From Azolla caroliniana (Eukaryota; Plantae; Polypodiophyta), in NCBI GenBank assembly GCA_043228905.1, contig JBHGNT010000016.1:13826001-13890000 (forward strand): a DNA stretch of 64,000 nucleotides. Reading direction: 5' to 3'. Below, piece after piece: positions 44,950 through 59,030 of the stretch. Made by a program: the position numbers and the translations under genes. The notes beneath the pieces were generated by a model. That model was given only the letters and a program-made list of their open reading frames with translations. It had not been told where the DNA came from and ran no database searches. Position 1 is the stretch's first letter; each line of letters starts with the position of its first letter.

Positions 44950-46954
44950 ATAAGAGCCTACATTCGTCTTGTGGCTCCCATTGCGAACTAGATGAGTATT
45001 GGTTGGCATACAACATGGTCTGGTTGTGATCGACCACACTTTGTTGGATGAGGAAGATGTGGTTAAAACTTATATTATTAACCAGAGCAAGAACCCTACC
45101 TCCAGTCCCATCACCATCCAAACAGAAGCGCATGAAATCATATACTTCATCTAAATGTTGCACATGTGGCTTGGGGGTATAAGTGATCAACCTTGATAGC
45201 ACAGGAAGTGTGAAAGCATCGCACCTCGTTAATTTCTTGGAGAACCTACTAAACATTTTATCTATGTGATCATGTGTATGACCAACTAGCAAGAAGTTGA
45301 CCTTAATCTTTTGGAAAATACCCTTATCTACTAACATGCTCAGGTAACCAAACATAGTTGAGTTCTTGTTTTCTCTCATCGTGTTGTCAAGTTGCACGTA
45401 TAGTATTGGTGGGGGAGTAAACCTTACCAACCCTGCATAACTCTTTGCATGACTGTAACTGTAAGATTAGGGTCGTTGTGGATATTTGGATAAGTTAAGA
45501 ACACTTGATGCCTTATTGTCTGACAATACAAAAGACATCCTACTAAGTGCATCTGCACTAGGCATTCATCTCCAATATCCTTGGGCAATCTTCGAAAATG
45601 TGGCAAACAAGTTTTCTTCTGATCCATCCCATCTATAATCAAGCACATGTATCTTTTTGGCAATTAAAGCGCTTTTTGACGATGGTGCATAGCTTTAGAT
45701 CTTTCCAACGCTTGGCTTTCTCGATGCTCTCTCAATAAAGTCTAATATTTTGTTATTTCTTCATCTATTGTCCCACTCTTTGCCAAGCTTTTTAAACTCG
45801 CGCAGATCGAAAAAACACCCATCCGGACCTTGCAGGGTATGACCACATTGTTAAACTTCGATCTCCGTAAACGATTAAAATGTTGATATTGCATATAAGG
45901 TACACTTTTCAATAACATGTCATCCTTATAAGCTTGGTATACCTCACAACAAGTGAAGTTATTTGACAAATGTAACCTTCTAGTGGTGGGCATAACATTA
46001 CATTGCTTCGAGAAATAAATCTCCATCCATCTAACAACATGTCGCCCAATTAGGCCCTTACATGAAGATTCTCTATTGTTGAAAGGCACCCACCACCCCT
46101 TCAATAATCGATGTTGAGTTCTCTGTAGCCTCATGTTCCCGATGCTATAAGCATTTTTAAAAGCAACTCAACAACTCTTCATAGTAAGTGAAAGGTAATA
46201 TTCCACCTGATGAGAACATGACACTACCAGATGGTCATTAACAAGTTGCATATTGGCAATCAAGAATGTATCTTGTTCGTCGCCATTGAGAGACAAATAC
46301 TTTTGTCGCAACCCCCGCAAGTTTGCCTTTCCAAATTTTGATAAACAAAGGCTCGCATAACATACCTTGCATATGTCAATTGAAATTTGTCAATCCGAAC
46401 ACAAAAATTATATCGTTTAACACTCACTTGTCCAGGAACTCTTTGAAAATTTTAGAGGCTTATTGACACAGTCTTCATTAGCATTCAATAAACTAGAATC
46501 GACATGAGTTGTATCTACTTTAATATATCTTGTTTTACCTAAGTTTAATGGTTCTATCGAAAAAATTGACGTCGAGCTTTGCTCTTGATCGTCTTTGGTC
46601 TTAACATGGCAACTTTTATTATTAACATGGCTATATTCCTCGATTAAGAATAAGGAGTTATCAAATAATATAATAAGCTCAATAGAAAACAGAGAATTTT
46701 CACTCGACTTTGAGGTCATTTTGCTCAAGGCTAATTAACACAAACAATGTCCAAAATAGGCACAAGCTTGGTTCTATAATAAGCACCATGTCCAAAATCA
46801 TCGAGTTTCCGCCTCCCCAGTCAAGTAAACATCTCCAACATCAACATGAACAAGGGAAAGAAAATTGACAGGTATGTTTTCCAACCCAACAATTTAGATT
46901 CCATAAAGATTCTTTTTTGTTTTATTCATTTTTTGCTTCCATAATCAAGGTGTA

Positions 46955-47074
46955 TCCCTTTCAATGAGAACTTGATGCAGTGCATCGAGCACTGCATCGA
47001 GTTCCCATTGAAAGGGACACCTACATTAGGTTCCCAAGTTCCCGTTGAAAGGGACACCCCTTTCGACGGGAACT
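46955..47074. repeat. Two adjacent inverted repeats built from one motif
   Basis: 29-bp arms 46955-46983 and 46989-47017 (2 mismatches); 17-bp arms within 47037-47074 (1 mismatch). Confidence 0.85.
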
Positions 47075-47369
47075 CAATGCACCACATCGAGTTCTCGTTG
47101 AAAAATGGGCTTTTCATGATCAATTGATCAGATTTGGTCAAATTTTTGGCAATTTTGGTCTATTTCTTTAAGTTTTACATGTAACATTCTATACAAAAAC
47201 GTATGATTTTTGTTAATTTTTACCTTAGTTAAGAGGTCTATATTATTAACATTATTGTTATATCATTGTGTCATGACTTGTTGTTTTCAATGAGCCACGA
47301 ATTCCCAACAAATAGAAGGTGTCATCCGTCAAACTAAAAATTCCATCATCAACAAAAAGACCTTCTGAC

Positions 47370-48300
47370 ACTAACTATTCCCAATAGCTAATTTAGCTAT
47401 TACCAGCTATTTAACTGCTAGGATAGCTAATTAGCAACCTAAATAGCTAATTAGCTACCAATCATAGCTATTTAGCTACCATAATAGCTAATTAGTTGCC
47501 TATGACTATAGCTAATTAGCTACTAAAATAGCTAATTAGGTACCAGAATAGCTAATTAGATGTTATGACTAGCTAATTAGCTACCAGAATAGCTAATTAG
47601 ATGTTATGACTAGCTAATTAGCTACCAAAATAGCTAACTAGCTAACTAGCTAATTAGCTGCATATGACTATAGCTAATTACCTACCAGACTAGCTAACTA
47701 GCTATTCGCAATAGCTAATTTAGCTATTACCAGCTAATTAATTGCGAGGATAGCTAATTAGCTACCAAAATAGCTACTTAGTTGCCAGAATAGCTAATTA
47801 GCTACCAATCATAGTTATTTAGCTACTAGAATAGCTAATTAGCTGCCTATGATTATAGCTAATTAGCTACTAGAATAGCTAACTAACTATTCCCAATAGA
47901 TAATTAGTTATTACCATCTAATTTAGCTATTACCAACTATTTAACTGCCAGGATAGCTAATTAGCTACCAAAATAGCTACTTAGTTGCCAGAATAGCTAA
48001 TTAGCTACCAATCATAGTTATTTAGCTACTAGAATAGCTAATTAGCTGCCTATGATTATAGCTAATTAGCTACTAGAATAGCTAACTAACTATTCCCAAT
48101 AGATAATTAGTTATTACCATCTAATTTAGCTATTACCAACTATTTAACTGCCAGGATAGCTAATTAGCAACCAGCTTAGCTAACTAGCTATTCCCAATAG
48201 CTAGTTTAGTTATTACCAACTAGTAGCTAATTAGCTAATTAGCTACCAAAATAGCTTATTAGCTGCTATAACTGGTTTGGAGCATAGCTAATCAACTAAT
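47370..48300. repeat. Palindromic TAGCTAATTAGCTA minisatellite with a 203-bp higher-order duplication
   Basis: Dense AGCT units; the block starting at 47748 is repeated at 47951 and restarts at 48154. Confidence 0.93.
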
Positions 48301-48324
48301 CAGTATGTCCATTTTATTACGCAG

Positions 48325-48775
48325 GTCGATTTATTTATTACGTTCAAACGAATGCATCCAAATATCAAAGTTCAACTACGAACATTCGAGTCTCTTAAGC
48401 CACACTTTGTGAGACGCTTGAAGGATCGATACACATGTTGTTGCATTTACCATGTACAAATGGGTTTTCTCAAGGACTCTGTTAATCTACTACGTCACCA
48501 TAGCACCTCCCCAACTAATGTAGTTTGCACTTGTGAGTGCCCAATTTGTCAATCGAGCCCCCAAGAGCGTTGTAAATCATCTTAACATATTATCTCTTCC
48601 ATGAGTTTTCTTTTAGATTCAATATTGTGTATCAGAGAAATTGACGCCATCTTCCACAATAATGTGTCATAGGTTTATGTCAAGATTATGGCCCTAGTAG
48701 ATTTAGGTGGTGTCCAAATGAATTGAGTAGTGAAATATTGATCTCTGTCAAGTTATTTGAGTCAGTGGCTCTAAA
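48325..48775 (+). pseudogene. Transposase exon remnant, homolog of 55586-56535
   Basis: Acceptor CAG at 48322-48324, then VDLFITFKRMHPNIKV..FESLKPHFVRRLKDRYTCCCIYH versus AELFMNFKDQHPSINL..FQGLKPFFVRKFKERNTCCCVYH. Confidence 0.8.
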
Positions 48776-48993
48776 TTAATCCATTGCTCTAGATTTCATC
48801 ACAGATCTTCCGGTCTCTAAGGGATTCGATGCGATCTTAACAGTAGTAGGGGGGTCAAAGGATGCTAGTGTACCAAAAAAGTACTGTTTTTGGCCAAAAA
48901 AACACGAGTACTATTAGCATTGAGTGATTAAAAAATAATAATAATAATGGAAAATAATTAAAATCTTTTTAGGGAGTGATGTATGTTGCATTA

Positions 48994-49245
48994 TGAAGAG
49001 AATAACGTGGAATATTGCTCGGCCACAACCGAGTCTTGAACACTTCTCTAAGAATGAAACACGGTAATGGGAAGTGGAGAGTACACAAAGGAAATGCACA
49101 GGATGTTTACATGGAAAACCCTAAATGGGAAAAACTATGGACTCCAACTATCACTATAGGAGAAACGTACAATCAGAGCCTCGGAGGCAACGACCTCGAA
49201 CTCTATATCACTATGTCGTTACAACAGAGTATAACTATGTATCTC

Positions 49246-49306
<61 letters not shown>

Positions 49307-52300
49307 AACAACATGATAATAACAACAACCTTCACTAAAGTGATTGCCCTAAGTCATAGTTATACTTATATGAACTTGGGGCTATTTACAAATATAGCCG
49401 CAATAGGCTAACTCAAAACATATTTACAGATATGTCTTCTCTTCTGATTCACACCGGCTCTCTTCCGGTTCTCATTGGGTCCTCGTTATTCATCACCGGA
49501 TCCCATCCGGAGAGATCGATACCCCAACAATCTCCCCCTTCACTCCAGCATGGGATATCTTGTCAGCCTGATCCGCTTTCGGCACGCGTCCAGCTTGTCG
49601 GTTGTAAGGACCTTGGTCAGCATGTCCAACCCGTTCTCCTCCATGTGGATCTTCGTCAACATAAACTCTTGATCTTCAAATCTCTCCCGGATCCATTGGT
49701 ACCTCCGCTGGATATGTTTCGTCCAGGAATATTCCCCGGTAGTCCTTCATCCAGAGTATCTCTTTCTCGGCTTCTACAACTACGATGTACTACGCCTCCG
49801 TGGTTGACAATGCAACTGTCTTCTGCAACCTCGACTGCCACAAAACAACTCCCCCTGCATAAGTCATGACATATCCGGATGTCGACCGGCTAGTAGCTGC
49901 ATCAGCCGACATATCCAAATCCGTGAAACCATCCAGTTGGGGTTTTCCGAAGTCAAACCGGAGGCACATACTCGAGGTGCCTTTCAGATACCGGAGTATC
50001 TACTTGACCACGTTCCAATGCTCTCTTCCGGGATTTCTCATGAACCGGCTCACCACTCCGACTGCATATCGGATATCCGGCCGGGTACATACCATCGCGT
50101 ACATCAAGCTCTCGACGACACAGGCATATGGTATCTTCATCATATCTGTCTTCTTCGCCTTTGTCCTCGGGCTTTGTTTTCCAGATAGCTTGCAGTTTGC
50201 CGGAAGTGTCAATCCGACTGGTTTCGCCTCCGACATGTTGAACCGTTGAAGCACCTTTGTCACATACTTCTCCAGTGACAACCACAATAACTTCTTCGAC
50301 AAGTCCCGGATGATGTGCATTCCTAATATCTGTCTTGCCAGCCCCAAGTCTTTCATTGAGAAGGTCTGGTTCAGAGCCTTCTCCAGCATCCAAATCTTGT
50401 CTTGGTCTCGTCCGATGATCAACATATCATCCACATATAGGAGCAGTATCAAGAAATCGCCTCCATCAAATTTCTTCACAAACACGAAGTGATCGGCCTG
50501 CGTCCTGTGGTACCCTTGCCAGGGAGCTTGCTTTAGTCCATATACACTCTTCTTTAGCCAGCACACCAGGTGCTCCATCCCTTTCTTCTCAAATACTTCC
50601 GATTGATGCATGTAGATCTCTTCTTCGAGGTCCCCATGGAGGAACGTCGTCTTCACGTCTAGTTTCTCTACCTCAAGGTCCATCCTTGCTGCTATGCCCA
50701 ATACCGTTCGGATGGATTTCATCGTTACTACCGGGGCAAAGATCTCATCAAAGTCCACCCCCTTCTTCTACTGGAAGCCCTTCACCACGATTCAGGCCTT
50801 ATACCTTGGTGGATTTCCGGCGTCTCCCGGTTTCAGCTTGTACACCCACTTGTTCCAGAGTGCCCTCTTTCCTTTAGGCAACTCCACCAATTCATATGTA
50901 TGGTTTTGATGTAGGGAATCCATGTCATCCTGCATGGTACTCAACCACTTGCAGTTGTGGGTGTCTCCCTTCGCTTCTTCACAGCTTTCCGGCTCCCCCT
51001 CATCGGTTAGCAACACATGCTCTGCATCCAGAAATCTCTAGGGGGCTCTTCTCTCTCGGAGAGGACATCTTCGTCCCTGGTTTCTGACTACCGGTTCCTC
51101 CGTTTGTTCTGAATCCGATTCCGATTCGGGATCTTGTCTGGTTCCAGTGTCTTCTTCTTCTTCTTCTTCTTAGGTCGGTTCGATTTCTTGTCCATATCCG
51201 GCCAGTTCGTCGAGTGTCATCTGGTTACCGGCTAGCGTCCACTTTTCAATGAATGATCCGAACTTCATCACCTTCTTCTCCGACTCCCAGTTGGCAATGG
51301 TCTTGTCTTCATGAAGACTATGTCCTGACTTCTGAACACCTTCTTGTCAACCAGGTCCCACACCCGGAACCGAACTCATCATCGCCGTATCCAAGAAATA
51401 TGCATGGCCTAGACTCCGGATCCAGCTTTGCTCTCTTGTCCTTTGCAACATGCACATATGCGAGACACCCGAATACCTTCAGATGCCGGCAACATACATC
51501 TTTACCACTCCATACTTTCTAAGGTGAGTCTCCTTCCAAGGGTGGTGAGGGTGATCTATTTATCACATAGGTCGCCGTTGTCAGCACCTCAGCCCAAAAC
51601 TTCTTAGGTAACTTTGCATCTGCTAGCATGCTCTGGACTCTCTCCATTATGGTCTGGTTCATCCTTTCAGCCAGCCCGTTTAGTTCCGGCGTCTTTCGCA
51701 TAGTAAACTCGAGCCGGATTCCCTTCGAGTGGCAGTACTCCTCGAACTACCCCCGGTATTCTCCTCCGTTATCTACTCGAACCGTCTTCAGCTTCCGACC
51801 GGTTTCTCGTTCCACTCTCATGGAGCTCCTTGAAGATGGATAGCACCTCATCCTTTGTCTTCAATGGTGAGACCCACAACTTCCGCCTGTGGTCATTTGT
51901 GACTTCGTGTCTACTTGACACACATTGGTATGCACCAGCTCCAATGGTGCATTTTGTCTCATCGGTGGTCTTGACCAGAACGACGTTCGGTTTTGCTTGC
52001 CGGCCAAGCAATCGGTGCACTTCTCAAGTTTCACGTCCTTCATCGGAATGAGGTTGTTTTCGTCAATGTCTCTTCATCCCCTTCTCACTCATGTGACACA
52101 GTCTTTTGTGCCACGGCTCACCGATAGTGTTGGATACTACGTTCACTTCTTCCCAGCATATCCGGGCATTCATCAAGTACAGTGTGTTGATCTTCCAAGC
52201 TCGAGCCACTATCATGCTTCCCTTGTTGAACTTCATAACTCCGTTCCGGATGCTACCCGTGTAGCCTTCATCATCTAGCCGACCGGCTGATATCAGGTTC

Positions 52301-54013
52301 AGTCGAACCTCCGGAACGTGTCAGTCATCCTTCAGCAGCAATTTGCATCCGGTTGATGTCGTCAACAACACATGTCCTATGCCGATAATTCGGCATGTCC
52401 CTTCATTCCCCATCCAGACACAACCATGATCACCGGTTGTGTAGGATGAGGAGCATTTCTGATCCGGTGTCAGGTGGAACGATGCTCCGGAATCGACAAC
52501 CCACGTTGTCTCGTCACCGACAAGGTTTAACTCATTCTCTTCGGTAATGAGCATCAGTTCTTCTTCACTTGTCACGATCGCTGACATTCCCTTCCAATCC
52601 GGGCCTCTCCGGCTCGAACCATTTCAATCCGAAATCTTCTTCGAATCGGTGGTGCCGGTTTCTTTCACTTTCCGAAAATGCTATCAGTTCTTCTAGAAGT
52701 GTCCTGGCTTCCCATAATAGAAGCAAGCATTGCCTTGACTTTGACCTCGTCCCGGATTTGTCCTAGTTTTGGGGACTCTGATACCAGCCTCTTCCCCGGT
52801 TGTGGTCATCTTCCATGAGCAAGGCCTTCGGATCGGTTCTGGACTACTGGTCCTTCAAGCAAGCTTCTTCATCTAGCAGGCTTCATTTTACCCTTGCTAG
52901 GGACAACTGTTTTCCTTCCGGGCCAGCGTTGCCTAACGTGACAACTAACGTCTCCCAGCTATCCGGGAGGGAACCGAGCAGGAGCAATGCAAGTACCTCA
53001 TCGATGAGAGGTACTTCCAACGAGGTTGCTTGATGTATCAGCCCTTGGAAAGCATTCATGTGCTCCGCCATACTGGAGTCGTCTTGGTACCGGAGCCTCA
53101 CTAGCTTCCAGAATACCGAAAGCCGATTAACAACATTCTTGTTCGGAAACATGATGTTGATCTTCTCCCAGAGTTCATGAGCCTTGCTCTCTTCATTGAA
53201 GTTGTTGTACAGGCTCATGTCGATGAAGCACCGGATGTTGGCCGTCGTCTTCATGTGCATCACCTCCCACACTATGGCGTCGATCTTATCTGGTCTCTTG
53301 TCCCCGAACAGAACTGGCAACCAAAGATCTTTAACCACCAGCATATATCTCATCTTCGACTTCCACACTGAGTAGTTGGAACCAGTGACCTTGAACATGC
53401 CGTTGAACGATTCTTCCATTTCCTGTGTTGTTCGCTCTGATACCAGATTGAAGAGAATAATGTAGAATATTGCTCGGCCACAACCGAGTCTTGAACACTT
53501 CTCTGAGAATGAAACACAGTAATGGGAAGTGGAGAGTACACAATGGAAATACATAGGATGTTTACATGGAAAACCCTAAATGGGAAAAACCATGGGAGCC
53601 CACAAACTCCAACTATCACTATAGGAGAAAGGTACAATCAGAGCCTTGGAGGCAATGACCTGGAGCTCTGTATCTTCGCCAACCGGCGGTTACAACAGAG
53701 TATCACTCTGTATCTCACTCTCTCTCTCTCTCTATGTCGCTCTCTCTATACAACAATATGACAATAACAACAACCTTCACTCAAGTGATTGCCCTAAGTC
53801 TTATTTATACTGATATGAACTTGGGGCTATTCACAAATATAGCCTCAATAGGCTTACTCAAAACATATTTACAGATATGTCTTCTCTTCCACTTCACATC
53901 GGCTCCCTTCCGGTTCTCACCGGGTCTCCTTCGGTTTCCGGATCTCTTCCGGTTCTCACTGGGTCCTCTTTATTCATCACCGGATCCCATCCAGAGAGAT
54001 CGATTTCCCAACA
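48994..54013 (-). mobile_element. Older full-length Ty1/Copia element, degenerate
   Basis: LTRs 48994-49529 and 53449-54013 (visibly diverged); TSD CATTA; PBS-iMet 53434-53445; PPT about 49532-49546; fragmented gag-pol. Confidence 0.95.
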
Positions 54014-54866
54014 CATTAAAGTCAAGGAATGGGTGGGGGGACAGTTGTTGCGTATTCAGGACTGTTTTGGGGGCTATTTCCCCGTCACGTTTAATTTAGG
54101 ATGCCACATTAAATCCTTTTGGCGCTTCTCCCAGGTGTCTCCTCTGCCGCCTTCCAACTGAGACAACGCAGTTCTTCACAGCGCACTCTGTTCTTCCGCC
54201 TTCCAACTCAGGTCTTCACATCGCACTCGATATGTCGTTTTGTTGTTCTCTGCGTCAATCGTCTTCCCATCTTCTCCTTCCATCTTCTCTTTGACTCGGT
54301 ATGTCTACACCTATTTCTATAAAGTGGTTATTTCTATACATTGTTGTTATTTGTATATGTGTGTATTCTCACTTCCTTCATATTGTTATTATTTAGTAAG
54401 TTGTGGCCTACAATCTCTAATCTAAAATTTAGGATTGGTTTATGTTGAACAAATTAGTGCGTCGTCATGATTATGATTGTCACTGTCATCTCTGTCATAC
54501 TTTGATCATTACTCGTTATTATTTGCATTATTACTTTGATCATTCTGTTATTATTTAGTAAGTCATGTCAACTTACTAAAAAGACTTTTGAATAGCTCTC
54601 CTTCTCTTGTTCATTGTTTCTAGCTACAACACCTACAACCTAAGTTTTATATTAGCCTAATTTTATGGTCAAACAAGTAATTTAAAGGGGTCAAACAACA
54701 ACTTAATTGATGCAATTATTTCTTAAAAGTTAATTGTTTTGGAAAAGGAATATATGATTGTGGCAAACTCTTCAAATGTTTATCCGATTTCTAGTTGATG
54801 TTTATGCTATGGGGTATTAACTATGTTTATTTTACAATGTATTAAGAACTTATTCTGATTAATTAG

Positions 54867-56535
54867 GTGCTGAAATATATGAGAGTGACAATGGTCGTCG
54901 ATGAGGAGAGCGAGGTGTCCCTTAGCAAATCTATGTTTGAGAGGAGCAAGAGACGGGTGGTTCTTGACATAGTCCATTATTTTCTAGAAGTAATTGAGAG
55001 ATTTAGCTTGAAGGATCGTAGGGATATTATCTCTAGAGTGTTGCACCATCAACTTTTGAATGAAGACATGGAGAATATTAAGTTTAGGGACCAATGTGTT
55101 TCAAAGGAAATTGTAGAGTGTATGAAGTCATCCCTACACTTAGTGAAAGGGGTAGTGAGCATAGATAAGCTTGGTGCAAAGAGAGCAATCCTTCACATGG
55201 TTGTAAATGGTACAACGAAAAAACAATATAGTGATACTAAAGTTGCCTTAGCACTTGATATCCAAAGAAGGAACTTGAGGAAGCATCGGACAAATATACA
55301 ATCAAATCAATTTAAGTGGTTGGGGTTAGGCCTTAGACGACAATGTGATGCATTGTCTCATGAGATTATTGAGGAAGTGGGTTCTTTTTGGGCAAAAAAC
55401 ACACATGTCTCACTGAATAAAAAAGATGTATGTAGACAACGTATAAGTCGAGGTAGGTGCTAGATTCACCCAAGACACTTCTTGGAGATGACTGAGGTAA
55501 ATCAATTTTTTATCTATTTGGTTTTAAATATTTTGTTGTTTACTAAATGCTTCTATTAATGTTACCTATTTATTGAGTGATGTAGGCTGAATTGTTCATG
55601 AACTTCAAAGACCAACATCCTAGCATCAATCTTGGATTTCGCAAATTCCAAGGTTTGAAACCATTTTTTGTTAGAAAGTTTAAGGAGAGGAACACATGTT
55701 GTTGTGTGTACCACATTAAAATGGATATGTTAAGGCTTGGTGTGAACAATATGCGTACTGATTCTAAGGGTATACACGGGGATGGGTGTGTTTGCACTTG
55801 TGATGTATGTAGACCAAATGGGAGTGGTAATAGATGTAATGCACGAAACATGACTTATGCAACAGTTTCTGAGTTATGGAGGTCTTTTGTTTGTGAAAAA
55901 CAACCATCATCTGAGTGGCATAATCGTACATGTCTTGTCAGAACATGTAAGGTTTGCCCACAACCGTTATTTTGTAGACAGGAGGTTGACGTGGATAACT
56001 GTCATATTGTGAAATGGAAATATTTAGAGTATGTGACAGAAAATATAGGTAAGGGTCTCGTTAGTAAGCGTATCAAGGAAGTATATAAGGAGGCATGTGC
56101 TACTACCCTTGTCTCAGAGTTTAAGAAGCAACTCGGGGAGTTCATTCCACATAACTTTAGGAGTTATTGGCAAAATTCACAATTCAAGGAATGTATAAAT
56201 AACTTACCACTGGATGTTATGGTATCTATTATTGACTTTGTAAAGAACTATACCTTTAAAGTTCAAAATGAAGTTCAATCAATGAATTGTTACAATGACC
56301 AATGTACAATACTTGTACATATTTGCTACTGGAGAAAAGACGGTGAGTTACATAAGAAATCAATATTCTATATTTTAGATGATAAAAAGCATGATACGCT
56401 ATTTGTTCAACATTATTTTAAGCTTCACCACGTAGATTTATTGTCCTTGGGTGTTAACTTTTATCGCCATTAGGTTTGGTTTGATGGTGTTGCCTCACAA
56501 TTTAAGGTGGCTCGGTCGTTCTACTTCATTGCAAG
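54867..56535 (+). pseudogene. Putative DDE/D transposase, two exons (54867-55496 and 55586-56535), 3' part missing
   Basis: Phase-0 GT-AG intron 55497-55585 joins HFLEMTE|AELF; Cys-rich region; DFVKNY..QNEVQS..QCT..DDKKHD..FDGVASQFK; stops at 55461 and 56471; donor at 56536. Confidence 0.78.
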
Positions 56536-57719
56536 GTAAGGAAATAATCCATATGATTGGTACTTATAACTGGATGTCTATTTTGGTAATAATTCATAGT
56601 ACTTCATCTATTGCTTGAGTTTCCTACCAATACAAATATTATATGAACAGTCATAAAAAATGTTCCTTGTTCGTAGCACTACCTTGTTCCTCTTCTTGGC
56701 TGGTAGCTACACTCTCTTTAATGTTACAGTCATGCTCCTCATGTTTGGTGAAATTCACATTCCCTATTGACTCCTCGTAAAACTCGTTTGTCACCTTGTT
56801 CTTTGGTCACTCCAGCTCCTCTTCTTGGGTGATTTCACATTCCTCATGTGTGATGCTATCTGAGTCTGAACAATCAAGATTGCTCCATAGACTGCCTGAA
56901 TCATCTGATGCTATTTGGGAATGTCCAGGTTCTTCTATTCCTAATTAACAAGAACAATATCAATTCACATTCTTACAAAGTGAAGGAACCTAGCCATATC
57001 AATTAACATACTAGATTAAGGGACAATCATTTACCTATTGTTACATCTCCATCCTGGACTTTTGAAGATGAGCTTTTGCAGATGATTGTGTTTGTCATGT
57101 GCTGCAAGACCTGGTTTGCATTGGTATCACACTCGTCATTATTGCTTGGGACGATAAATTCTTCTTCATGTTGTGGCTCTGAATCGGTATCTCCATTTTC
57201 ATTAATCATTTCTTCCTTGCCTAACAACAAAAGCCCGTGTTCTTAGTCTAACTCATTAACTTTACAGCTCTCAAAGTTTGTGAGAATTTGTATGACCCAC
57301 CACTACAATGAACTCTGCATTTCTTCCCCTTTCCATACAATTTCCTTGCATCATTACGCTTCTTCGTAGGCTCTTTGATAGAAACATAAGAAATTAGAAG
57401 TATAGCAACAATGCATTATTAAAAGTTCACACACAATTAGCATTACCGTTCACATAGTGAAGGGGAGCCGAGCTAGGAGAATTTGTTTGAAGCAACACGT
57501 CTTCAACTGTTCCAATGGCCTTTCTCATACATTCATCTTCATCATAAATTTCCTCAGTTACCACTAAGGAATGACCATGGAATTTGGCATTTGCAGCAAA
57601 CTCTGTACGTAGTAGCGCAGGGGCTGGTTGGTCAGTTACCTTCCTTGGTGTGGTGTTGCTTGATACTACAACATTCATATTATAATCGTACATTAGTTCT
57701 AACATGACTACAATGTTAC

Positions 57720-58680
57720 AAATATTATCAGTACTGAATCAAGTGGACATTTAAGACCTTCAGTACTAAAAAATCAATCTTGTTCCAACTGATCACCAAG
57801 GAATACGCATGTAGCAGTAATATTAGTACTAAAACAACAAAGAGGAACTTGAGGACACAATACAGAAACATCTGGACATGATGTCGATATTTGTTCGGTA
57901 CTAAACAAAAGACCTGCATGCCTATTTATTCGGTCATCTAGAGCCTATTTGTTCGGTTCTCCTATTTGTTAGTACACATACAAGTGATACAAGTAAACAT
58001 TTAAGACGTTCAGTACTAAATCATCAGTACTGAATCAACTTAGCACCAAGGGATACAATGTAATCAGTAATGTTAGTACTAAAACATCAATCAAGGAACT
58101 TGCGAGAACAGTACTAAACCACCTGGACATGTTTATTAAAGCGTGGTATTGACCAATGTTAGTACTAAACAACCAAGACCTTCATGCGTATTTGTTCGGT
58201 CATCCTGAGCCTAACTTGAGTGGACACAAAACGTACAATGTAATGGACAATGTTAGTACTTATACAAGTTATACAACGAATCAATTAAGACATTCAGTAC
58301 TAAATAATCAGTATTGAATCAACTGATCACCAAGGAATAGAATGTAATCAGTAATATTAGTACTAAATCCTCCAACAAGGAACTTGAGGGCACATTACAC
58401 AACCACCTGGACATGCATATTTCATGTAATGAACAATGTTAGTACTAAAAAACCTAGACCTTCATGCCTATTTGTTCGGTCATCTAGAGCCTAAGCCAAG
58501 TGGACATAGAAAGTAAAATGTAATGAATAATGTTAGTGCACATGCAAGTTATACAACTAAACATTAAAGATCCTCAGTACTAAATAAGATTCACATTGTC
58601 AACTGATCACCAAGGAATACAATGTAATCAATAATTTTAGTACTGAATCATGTAAAATGATCTTGCGGGAACAATACTCA
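57720..58680. repeat. Imperfect tandem repeat of about 250-285 bp (about 4 units), rich in AGTACT
   Basis: CAACT(G/T)A(T/G)CACCAAGG near 57786, 58036, 58320 and 58600. Confidence 0.8.
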
Positions 58681-59030
58681 TGGGTATAAGACCAAAACCA
58701 AATGTTAAAATTATAAAAGCATAGTATAAAAATTACATATGTTCTTAATCACATACCATATGAATGTACTTTCAAACCCCAAGTTACGTACCATTCAACT
58801 CCAATTGTACTTTTACAGTGTAAACATATATTTTCTTTCTCAAAATGGTACTTAGCGCATAAACAATGATATGTGTGCAAGCATGGTGTAATGATAGCAT
58901 CCATGGCCTCAAACTTGAATCCAAGGCCATAGAATACACACCTTCAAAAACGAGACACAACATACACTATATTAGCAACGATGATATTTTATATAATAGA
59001 AGGTCAACTTGTAAAAATATAAACCATTAC

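Larger units (their letters stand above)
39283..46400 (-). pseudogene. DNA transposon transposase pseudogene (Sola-like / DUF7869-type DDD), interrupted by the Copia element
   Basis: Motifs IIDGMDQKK, LYVQLDNTMRENKN, FLLVGHTHDHIDKMFS; the frame continues across the Copia insertion (..DECRLL|LHFPD..); superfamily label tentative. Confidence 0.72.

Noticed and set aside
44729-44954. C-terminal extension of the transposase ORF (MEINVSYDY...)
   Set aside because: Read-through into the antisense strand of the inserted Copia LTR; the true continuation lies at 39723 and below
49240-49305. (CT)n microsatellite as an independent feature
   Set aside because: Ordinary length-variable GA/CT tract of the Copia LTR, also at 28860 and 53715
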